Source of the DNA: Candidatus Heimdallarchaeota archaeon | Lineage (GTDB): Archaea; Asgardarchaeota; Heimdallarchaeia; Heimdallarchaeales; Heimdallarchaeaceae | Assembly (NCBI GenBank): GCA_016840095.1 | Contig: JAEOSZ010000008.1 | Coordinates: 1 to 23,745 of the forward strand | Direction of reading: 5' to 3' | Length of the DNA stretch: 23,745 bases | Shown here: positions 16,621 through 23,665 of the stretch, in pieces | Numbering within the stretch: position 1 is the stretch's first letter | How the letters are laid out: each line of letters starts with the position of its first letter | Notes under the pieces: generated by a model | The model's input: the letters and a program-made list of their open reading frames with translations, nothing else | Told to the model about the DNA's origin: nothing | The model's database searches: none | Made by a program: the position numbers and the translations under genes

Positions 16621-17794
16621 CATTAGGATCGCTTTTGAGTAAAATATTATAGGCAGCATTCACATCAGCATTGATCATGTAACCTTGGGCAGAAGTAAAT
16701 ATTCCTCGAGGATGACGTTTTCCTGAGTATGTAGCTCTTCTTTGAGGGAATTCATTATCCAGAATACTGCTTTTCGAAGTGTAGTCCTCTAAAACAGTAT
16801 TCACGAGTATACCGTGTTCCTCTGCTTTATACTTCAACAAATTGATGATTTTTAGAAAAGGGATGTTAACGAATAGCTGAGTTTTCTTCTTTCCCAGATT
16901 TAACTGTTGTTTCCACTTAGGATTGTACCCTATGATCACCTCATGAAGCTCGCGTTCAGCGAAGAGCTCGACTAAGTAAGTTGTCAAATGATGAAGAGCG
17001 TTCTTAAGTTTCTTCCTATATTTCTCTCGTAATTTATAGTAAGCTGGTCCATAGATTAACTTCTGCTGGTTTTTCAATCTTTTTTTCTGCTGTTGCACAT
17101 ATCGTGCCCGTAATTCTTTCTGCTTTTTCTGATAAAATTGTATAATGCTTTTGATTCCTTTTCCGTGATCCTTGACAACAATCGGCTGGTTTCCGAGGTT
17201 ATCCACGAAGGCCACGAGGTTGTTAGTCCCTAAATCGATCGCTCCCTTCCTAGTTCTCTTATGCATTTGTTTTGATAGGATTTTCACATACACTACTTCC
17301 AATGTATATCCTACTTTTCTAGGTACTATTCTCACTTCCCTCAATTTACATCTAGCTGTTAAGCGAGTTTTGTAATGAAATCCAACTTTATTGGGTAAAA
17401 TCAACCATCCATTCTTTATCCTTGTTTGTTGATTGGTTATAATCGTCACTCCTTCTCCGTCTTTAGGTTTGTATTTAGGTGCTTTAGGTTGGTTCAGAAA
17501 CTTCTTAGGATGAATTTTCCATTCTTCTAAAGCTCGAAAATAAGCTTTCCAGTTTCTTACTAGCAATTTGAGAGTATGTTGAGCTGTATGAGCTGGAAGA
17601 ATATTGTAACACTCCTCAGTCTTAAGCAAATTGTTGAGTCCGTAATAACTAGGAAAATCACTGTTCATAGTAAGTGCTTGTTTTATGAGATAATTTGCGC
17701 GATTATAGAGATTCTTCACTTGATGACATAGTCTACTTAAAACTGGTGTAAATGCCAATTCTATACATTCTACTCTCCAAACTAGTGTCATCAA
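16478..17794 (-). CDS. tnpB: RNA-guided endonuclease TnpB, RuvC-II-rearranged type
   Basis: KNLYNRANY, LREVRIVP, GAIDLG (RuvC-I), IIGYNPKWKQ, LKYKAE, EDYTSK, INADVNAAYNI (RuvC-III). Confidence 0.92.
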   Translation of the reverse strand: MMTLVWRVECIELAFTPVLSRLCHQVKNLYNRANYLIKQALTMNSDFPSYYGLNNLLKTEECYNILPAHTAQHTLKLLVRNWKAYFRALEEWKIHPKKFLNQPKAPKYKPKDGEGVTIITNQQTRIKNGWLILPNKVGFHYKTRLTARCKLREVRIVPRKVGYTLEVVYVKILSKQMHKRTRKGAIDLGTNNLVAFVDNLGNQPIVVKDHGKGIKSIIQFYQKKQKELRARYVQQQKKRLKNQQKLIYGPAYYKLREKYRKKLKNALHHLTTYLVELFAERELHEVIIGYNPKWKQQLNLGKKKTQLFVNIPFLKIINLLKYKAEEHGILVNTVLEDYTSKSSILDNEFPQRRATYSGKRHPRGIFTSAQGYMINADVNAAYNILLKSDPNALPPRRADGVGGYVMYPRRVCVDPQGMMPTSTMKNAQQCLAIAKMPT

Positions 17795-17950
17795 CTGTAC
17801 TATTTTATTTCTCTATAAAAGCCCCCGTAATATCTTATTTTCAAGCTGTGTACAAACAGATTCACTGTCACTTTAATATGACTATCTGACAATATAATTT
17901 ATAAATAGATTATCAGTCTTTAAGTCGAGAGAATAAAATAGGGGAAATCT

Positions 17951-18295
17951 ATGAGCATCCGACAAACTATTGGCAAAACATTCAAATCCATAAGAGAAGA
18001 ATATGGAAAAACAGAATTTGGAGACAAAATTCTAGATTTAATTTCTATTACAGGAGCAGTTTTATTCGTTGTTTCATTCATTTCTGTTTGGCTTGGAGAC
18101 AAAGCTTTCAACGCAGTTAATATCGTATTTATGCTCTATCCATTAGGTTTGGCAGGGATTGCATCTTCTTTCAGAATGAAGAGAAGAGATAAACCTGAAG
18201 ATACTGGCAAAATGTTTAAAGAATGGACTTGGATTATGGGAATACTTACTCTCATTTGTGTAATAATTGTAATTCTTGCATATATATTCGCATAA
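17951..18295 (+). CDS. Small membrane protein (3 TM), unknown function
   Basis: GGGGA RBS-like sequence, TTTATAAA upstream, hydrophobic segments. Confidence 0.72.
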   Translation: MSIRQTIGKTFKSIREEYGKTEFGDKILDLISITGAVLFVVSFISVWLGDKAFNAVNIVFMLYPLGLAGIASSFRMKRRDKPEDTGKMFKEWTWIMGILTLICVIIVILAYIFA

Positions 18296-18356
18296 AACTA
18301 AATTTACTTTCGTTATATCAGCAATTTTTTTATATTAAGTTAAGTTAGTTTATCTA

Positions 18357-19787
18357 ATGACTCAAGAAACTTACCGTATTTATTCGAGGGTACTCAAGTT
18401 TGGACAAAGGATTGGTCTTCGAAGATTTGTTGAAACATTAGTCTTTGGTATAACAATTTTCGCAATTTCATTAGTATATCTATTTGTTATTATCCTTTCA
18501 CCAATCGGTCCAACTGGAAAATATATCTTCTTTCCCTTAGGATTCTTCTTTGAATTAGTTCTGATTCTTAGTTACATTGAAAATCATTACTTCATAGATA
18601 TTTTTGGTGACAATACTAACAAATTACTATCAGTTTTAGGAGTTGTTTCTCTAACTGTAATCATCCTTTATGCAAGTATTCCTGGTTTCTACATCATTGT
18701 TGATACAGGTGATCCTTTGGGACATATTCATGCGCAAAGTGTAGCTCTTATAGTGTTATTCTTCTTGCTAAATGTAATAGAAACGGCGTATTTTCTGTTT
18801 TCCATTCCTAGAACAGATAGATCTGATACATTTGGATTAGAATACCAATTTTCTATTCTTGAGAAAGGTCTAGAAACAAAAAGATTGGGAGATCTCAATA
18901 TTGATAAAGCAATGACTAAGGGATTATCTGCTTTGAAACGTAGAGTTTCTGAGGAAGGATTTTGGGGAGACTTTAATCCTACATTTGAAACAGCATGTGT
19001 GCTGGAACTTTTCAATAAATTAGGATACAATGAAGACACTGAATGGACAATCAATACAGAAGAAGGAAAGAAAACAGTAACTTTAGGTAAGTCTATTGAA
19101 AGTCTTAAGGCAGTAGTGGATACTGTAGAAACAATTGATAATTCATATGAACAATTCTATGTTCTGTACGTTCTTAGTCTCTTTGATCCAACAATTTTCG
19201 ATACACGGATTGAATTAGTTGATGAATTCTTTAATTCAGCCTTTGAAGAAACAGAATGGGATTTCATCAATAAGCTGAACAGATTCACTTCGAATCTTCG
19301 TTCTAGAACAACACCCCTACATATCATAATGAGCTATGTAGGAGACATCACAGGAAATATTAAGTTACTTGACAAAATGGCTAATCTTTTCTCAGCTTCA
19401 ATAGATATAATTGTTAAAAGAGGCTATGCTAGATTTTCTACATCACAGACTGGTAAAACACCAATTGAGATGTTTGCTAGAATGATGCTTGCATTACATG
19501 ATATTAGAAGAGCTCCAACAAGAAGACAACAATTTGTACAAGCAGTTGTAGGAACCCAATTTATTGAAGGTTCTTGGGCAGCAGATATCGGAACTACTGG
19601 ATATGTCATTCAATCACTTCTACCAAGTGAAACAGCTGATTCCCTACCACTAAAGAAATCTGCAATTTATCTTGCTGCAATTCAAGATAAAGAAGGTTTG
19701 TGGAATTCTAATATTGAAGAAACAACCATTGCATTAACAGCATTAAATGGCTTACAGCATCTTTCAGATCAAGAAACAGCAATTTAA
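18357..19787 (+). CDS. Membrane protein (4 N-terminal TM) with C-terminal prenyltransferase/squalene-cyclase QW-repeat alpha/alpha domain
   Basis: SEEGFWG...ETACVL, QFIEGSW...TTGYVIQSL and YLAAIQDKEGLW...ETTIALTAL repeats. Confidence 0.68.
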   Translation: MTQETYRIYSRVLKFGQRIGLRRFVETLVFGITIFAISLVYLFVIILSPIGPTGKYIFFPLGFFFELVLILSYIENHYFIDIFGDNTNKLLSVLGVVSLTVIILYASIPGFYIIVDTGDPLGHIHAQSVALIVLFFLLNVIETAYFLFSIPRTDRSDTFGLEYQFSILEKGLETKRLGDLNIDKAMTKGLSALKRRVSEEGFWGDFNPTFETACVLELFNKLGYNEDTEWTINTEEGKKTVTLGKSIESLKAVVDTVETIDNSYEQFYVLYVLSLFDPTIFDTRIELVDEFFNSAFEETEWDFINKLNRFTSNLRSRTTPLHIIMSYVGDITGNIKLLDKMANLFSASIDIIVKRGYARFSTSQTGKTPIEMFARMMLALHDIRRAPTRRQQFVQAVVGTQFIEGSWAADIGTTGYVIQSLLPSETADSLPLKKSAIYLAAIQDKEGLWNSNIEETTIALTALNGLQHLSDQETAI

Positions 19788-19830
19788 GCTTGAAAATTAC
19801 TTTTATATTTCTTTATTTTTATTTCAGTTA

Positions 19831-20307
19831 ATGAATAACAAAGAAAAGAATGTATACATCGCTTGTTCAATGATAAAAGCCAAGCAATTAGATTTCTCTT
19901 TACTTGATATTCTAATAGAATTTACAAAATCACAAGGGTATAATCCATTTGTTCCAGGAAAGATGGAAGATGCTTCATCAAAAGAGATTTTTGAGAGAGA
20001 TATGAACTGGTTAAGAAATTCATCTAAGATTATTGCAGACGTTAATGAACCATCTCATGGAGTAGGAATGGAAATAATGTATGCATATCAAAATGAGATT
20101 CCTATTATCTGTTTACTGAATGAGAAGAACAAACCTCTTTCAAGAATGGTAGAGGGAAGTCCAAATACAGTGGTTCTAATGTATCATTCCAAAAACGAAA
20201 TAGAAGAAAAATTATATAATTTCGAATTGGACAAAACCAAGATTCTGTTTTGCTCTGAATGCAATGAGAAGACTATTCATTTAGATAAAAAGTGTTTAAA
20301 ATGTTAA
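19831..20307 (+). CDS. Nucleoside 2-deoxyribosyltransferase / DNPH1(Rcl)-like N-glycosidase with C-terminal zinc ribbon
   Basis: VYIACSM, IFERDMNWL, IIADVNEPSHGVGMEIMYA, LSRMVEG; CSEC...CLKC. Start placed at ATG 19831 to avoid overlap. Confidence 0.82.
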   Translation: MNNKEKNVYIACSMIKAKQLDFSLLDILIEFTKSQGYNPFVPGKMEDASSKEIFERDMNWLRNSSKIIADVNEPSHGVGMEIMYAYQNEIPIICLLNEKNKPLSRMVEGSPNTVVLMYHSKNEIEEKLYNFELDKTKILFCSECNEKTIHLDKKCLKC

Positions 20308-20308
20308 A

Positions 20309-20382
20309 TGGCAGACCCAAGGCGATTTGAACGCCTGCCACAGGATCCAGAGTCCCGTATCCTTCCACTAGACGATGGGTCT
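20309..20382 (-). tRNA. tRNA-Gln(CTG), CCA encoded
   Basis: Acceptor AGACCCA/TGGGTCT; anticodon arm CGGGA-CTCTGGA-TCCTG; T arm AGGCG-TTCAAAT-CGCCT; ends G-CCA. Confidence 0.9.
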
Positions 20383-20488
20383 GTATTTTCTATCGAATTG
20401 AATAAATTATAAGGAAATTTTAAAGTTTTGGTAGACGCTTCAAATCATTGAAGAAAGCTGTTATAAATGTGTAATTTCTACAGATAAC

Positions 20489-21199
20489 ATGAAGAAAATT
20501 TTCATAACAGGAGCTAGTAGAGGGCTGGGATTAGAATTTTCAAAACAGTATCTTGAAAGAGGAGACACTGTAATTGCTAGTTGTAGGAATCCAGAAAAAG
20601 CTGAAGCTTTGAAGGATTTGAAATCAATTTTTCCCGATAATCTAACTATAGTTCAGCTTGATGTTGTTGATGAACAGTCACGAAATGATGTCTTTACTAA
20701 TATTGAGAAAGAGTTTGATGCAATTGATATTCTAATCAACAATGCAGGTATTATTTCTGGGAATGAGTCAGAATCTTCAGTATTGGGGGAAATTTACAAA
20801 GAAGATTTCAGAAAGGTTTTTTCAGTCAACACCATTGCACCTTTATTAATGAGTGAAAAATTATTACCACTTCTAGAGAAAAGTAGTAATGCAAAAATAG
20901 TCAACATCTCTTCCCAAAATGGAAGCATTGCTCTGCGAAGTGTGGGTGGAAAATACTCCTATGCAGCTAGTAAAGCAGCTCTTAATATGGTTACAAAAGT
21001 TTTGTCAAATGATTTGAAGGATAAGGGGATAATTACTTTAGCAATTCACCCAGGTTGGATAAAAACAGACATGGGAGGTTCAAATGCTCCATTGGAGATA
21101 GAAGAGCCCATTTCACAGATAATTAGCTTAACAGATAAAAGCAGTCTCAATGAATCAGGAAAATTCCTAGATAGAGAAGGAAAGGAAGTACCTTGGTAA
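20489..21199 (+). CDS. Short-chain dehydrogenase/reductase (CsgA/C-factor-like)
   Basis: TGASRGLG, NNAG, YAASK, HPGWIKTDMGG. Confidence 0.92.
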   Translation: MKKIFITGASRGLGLEFSKQYLERGDTVIASCRNPEKAEALKDLKSIFPDNLTIVQLDVVDEQSRNDVFTNIEKEFDAIDILINNAGIISGNESESSVLGEIYKEDFRKVFSVNTIAPLLMSEKLLPLLEKSSNAKIVNISSQNGSIALRSVGGKYSYAASKAALNMVTKVLSNDLKDKGIITLAIHPGWIKTDMGGSNAPLEIEEPISQIISLTDKSSLNESGKFLDREGKEVPW

Positions 21200-21214
21200 A
21201 GATCGTTTGAGGAG

Positions 21215-21943
21215 ATGAAACTGATGAAACAGATATTAATTACAGGTAGTAGCAGAGGTATAGGTTTTGAATTTGTAAGGCAATTTCTCAATGCAGGAAA
21301 TAGAGTAATTGCTTGTAATAGGAACCCAGCTAAATATCCAGATCTTTTAGAGTTGAAAGAGAAATTTAAAGAAAACTTGATTCTTATTGATTTAGACGTT
21401 TCTAGTAAAATCTCTATAATCAATGCATATGATACACTTTCTAAAGAAATAGATAGATTGGACATTTTAATCAACAATGCAGGCATCCGGTTTGGAGGAG
21501 ACGAAAAACATTGTGATAAAATAGGTTTACTCTTCAAAGAAGATTTCAGTAGAATCTTTGCTGTCAACACTATTGGCCCAATTCTACTAATAGAGAAGTT
21601 CTTACCTTTAATCAAAAACGGAACCAATCCTATTATCGTAAATATCTCTTCAACAAGTGGAAGTATAGGTAGAAGAACAAGACCTGGTGGAGGGTACAGT
21701 TACAGTGCAAGTAAAGCAGCATTAAATATGATTTCTAAAGTTCTTTCTATAGATTTGAAAGATGATAATATCATTGTAATTTCCATGCATCCAGGGTGGG
21801 TAAAGACTACAATGGAACTTACAGAAAACGCTCCTTTAACAACCTATGAGTCTGTTAAAGGAATAACTAAAGTGCTAGATAATTTGACAATGGATAAGAC
21901 TGGAAAGTTCTTCGATTGGGAAGGCAATGAACTTCCATGGTAA
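21215..21943 (+). CDS. Short-chain dehydrogenase/reductase (CsgA/C-factor-like), tandem paralogue
   Basis: GAGGAG RBS; TGSSRGIG, NNAG, YSASK, HPGWVKT. Confidence 0.92.
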   Translation: MKLMKQILITGSSRGIGFEFVRQFLNAGNRVIACNRNPAKYPDLLELKEKFKENLILIDLDVSSKISIINAYDTLSKEIDRLDILINNAGIRFGGDEKHCDKIGLLFKEDFSRIFAVNTIGPILLIEKFLPLIKNGTNPIIVNISSTSGSIGRRTRPGGGYSYSASKAALNMISKVLSIDLKDDNIIVISMHPGWVKTTMELTENAPLTTYESVKGITKVLDNLTMDKTGKFFDWEGNELPW

Positions 21944-21960
21944 AATTTAAAGAAAAGAAT

Positions 21961-22035
21961 TGGTAGCCCTGAGAAGATTCGAACTTCCGTCTGTTAACCG
22001 AAACCAACAATGCTTGGCCACTACACCACAGGGCT
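21961..22035 (-). tRNA. tRNA-Gln-like gene with aberrant 6-nt anticodon loop (TTTCGG); tRNA-like ncRNA or pseudo-tRNA, CCA encoded
   Basis: AGCCCTG-TG-GTGTAGTGGCCAAGCAT-T-GTTGG-TTTCGG-TTAAC-AGAC-GGAAG-TTCGAAT-CTTCT-CAGGGCT-A-CCA (75 nt). Confidence 0.8.
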
Positions 22036-22162
22036 GGAATTGTAACTAATTCTTTTTCTTTCCAATTCAGATTTTAAATCCTTCCTTTGAAACCTAAAGA
22101 ATTATGAGAATAAGGAATCTTTATTATTTATTTTAAAGTAGAAGAAAAGTAGGGAATTAAAA

Positions 22163-22651
22163 ATGAGTTTTCACACAGATTACGAAAAATGGTTATTGTA
22201 TTCTAGAGAAGAAAATTGTCCTGTTTGTAAGAAGTTACCAGCTCCAGTGGATGATGTAGATATAAAAGAATTTTCGAATTCATGGTTGTGCGCTCATCCA
22301 AGAGTATGTCTGAAAGGCACATGTTATCTACTATTGAAATCACATGCGGTTGAATTATTTGATCTAGATGAGGAAACACTACTTTCTTACATGAAAGAAG
22401 CTCAGATTAGTGCCAAAGCTCTCAAAGAAGTTACAAAAGCAATTAAAATTAATTATGAATTACATGGAAACACAGGACCCCACTTACACATGCATCTTTT
22501 TCCAAGGTATTTAGATGACCCTTTTCCTGGAAAACCAATTGATTACAATAAAATAGAACCATCAGTTTATCAAGAAGGAGAGTTTGAACAATTTGTTCTA
22601 CAGATGAGAAGAGAAATAGCAGAATTGTTGGGAGAACAACAAAAAGGATGA
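22163..22651 (+). CDS. HIT-family nucleotide hydrolase
   Basis: CPVC; KINYELHGNTGPHLHMHLFPRY (HxHxHxx). Confidence 0.9.
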   Translation: MSFHTDYEKWLLYSREENCPVCKKLPAPVDDVDIKEFSNSWLCAHPRVCLKGTCYLLLKSHAVELFDLDEETLLSYMKEAQISAKALKEVTKAIKINYELHGNTGPHLHMHLFPRYLDDPFPGKPIDYNKIEPSVYQEGEFEQFVLQMRREIAELLGEQQKG

Positions 22652-22658
22652 ATAAAAA

Positions 22659-23090
22659 ATGGAATATAATGAGATTAAGAAGGATCTATTTTCAGTTTCA
22701 GATGACTATTATCTAGCTCATTGTATAAGTTCAGATTTTGTAATGGGTGGAGGAATAGCTGTTCTTTTTAATAAGAAATTCAATCTTAAAGAACAATTCA
22801 AACAAATAAAAAAAGAAGATTCTAAACTCCTAGAACATCCAACTTGTATACTGGTTGTAAGAGTATTCAACCTAATTACCAAAAAACTTGTTTTTCACAA
22901 ACCTACCTATGAAACAATGAGAGGTGCTTTGGAAAAAATGAAAGAGATTTGTGATGAAAATAATATAAAGAAAATAGCAATGCCTAGGATTGGGAGTGGA
23001 ATTGATGGGTTAGACTGGATTCAAGTCAGAGAAATTATCCATGAAGTTTTTGGCAATTCTGAAGTCGAGATTCTAGTTTGCTACATCTAG
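22659..23090 (+). CDS. Macrodomain ADP-ribose hydrolase, TARG1/OARD1 (Poa1p/DarG-like) type
   Basis: [35 protein letters not shown] and [15 protein letters not shown] match the TARG1-type motif set. Confidence 0.9.
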   Translation: [143 protein letters not shown]

Positions 23091-23149
23091 AACTTTTAAG
23101 TGATACAAAAGAAAAAACTGAGAATTATCTTTGATATCCAAATTGCTTT

Positions 23150-23485
23150 TTATCGTAACTCATTTCCGCATTCTGGGCAGAATTTAGCATGTACTTTCAA
23201 AGCTTTACCACAGTAGATACATTTCTCTTCCTCTTTCTCTATAAAGATTGAAATAACATACTTAAAACCAAATGCCATGAAACCTATTGCGAAAATACCT
23301 AGAACTGAAAAATCTACAATTACAAGTATTAGAAAAGTGATGTTCTTATCATCAAAAAACTCAACAAGAGCTATTATTAACAAAGCTATAGCAAGAAGAA
23401 CAGCTATCAGTAATAATAAAATTAAGAATGGTTTCAATGAAAGCCAGACTTTGTGCAACTTCTCATTATTCTTCTTCACCTTCAT
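23150..23485 (-). CDS. 2-TM membrane protein with C-terminal zinc ribbon
   Basis: GAAGGTGA RBS; two hydrophobic helices; CIYCG...FCPECG. Confidence 0.75.
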   Translation of the reverse strand: MKVKKNNEKLHKVWLSLKPFLILLLLIAVLLAIALLIIALVEFFDDKNITFLILVIVDFSVLGIFAIGFMAFGFKYVISIFIEKEEEKCIYCGKALKVHAKFCPECGNELR

Positions 23486-23562
23486 AGTTTCACCTTCGAA
23501 ATAAGTTCATTAAAAAATGTGAATATTCATATATAACTGTTAAGTTGCTTTGTGAAAAAGAT

Positions 23563-23638
23563 TGGTAGTCCCTGGGAGATTTGAACTCCCGGCGCCAGAT
23601 TCAAAGTCTGGAATGTTTCCAGGCTACACCAAGGGACT
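23563..23638 (-). tRNA. tRNA-Gln(TTG), CCA encoded
   Basis: Acceptor AGTCCCT/AGGGACT; CCAGA-CTTTGAA-TCTGG; GGGAG-TTCAAAT-CTCCC; ends A-CCA. Confidence 0.92.
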
Positions 23639-23643
23639 AAAGT

Positions 23644-23665
23644 GTTGTCAAACTTCTTTGACAAC
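23644..23665. promoter_or_regulatory. Perfect 9-bp inverted repeat GTTGTCAAA-cttc-TTTGACAAC just upstream of tRNA-Gln(TTG)
   Basis: Read directly from the sequence; function (operator or leader hairpin) unknown. Confidence 0.45.

Larger units (their letters stand above)
16430..17900 (-). mobile_element. Non-autonomous IS200/IS605/IS607-superfamily element carrying tnpB only; ends approximate
   Basis: tnpB with no adjacent TnpA; hairpin-rich 3' region ending near 16435; left end not resolved. Confidence 0.6.

Noticed and set aside
17866-17891. TGTCA-N16-TGACA as a shared operator with the repeats at 15581 and 23644
   Set aside because: Only 5-bp arms with inconsistent spacers in AT-rich DNA; could be chance or part of the IS left end.
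16478-17900. Cas12/CRISPR locus
   Set aside because: No repeat-spacer array or cas genes anywhere in the window; size and motifs fit TnpB.
21961-22035. Codon reassignment (CGA read as Gln) by a Gln-bodied tRNA with an apparent TCG anticodon
   Set aside because: CGA encodes Arg at conserved positions in this window (ICRCE and AGTRG of the 563-2653 protein), CGG does so in PADAR of the ATPase, and the loop is not a canonical 7 nt.
21961-22035. tRNA-Pyl, tRNA-Sec, or an intron-containing/split tRNA
   Set aside because: No CUA or UCA anticodon, canonical D and T loops, a short variable loop, and no extra sequence or bulge-helix-bulge motif.
16275-23504. ORFs 16275-16481, 17172-17375, 17920-18111, 18728-19054, 19424-19609, 21046-21627, 23277-23504
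   Set aside because: Antisense shadows of real genes; 21046-21627 is the typical open antisense frame of SDR genes.
20309-23638. Integrated element bounded by attL/attR tRNA duplications
   Set aside because: All three tRNA genes are full length and differ in their 3' halves; no integrase and no exact direct repeat was seen.
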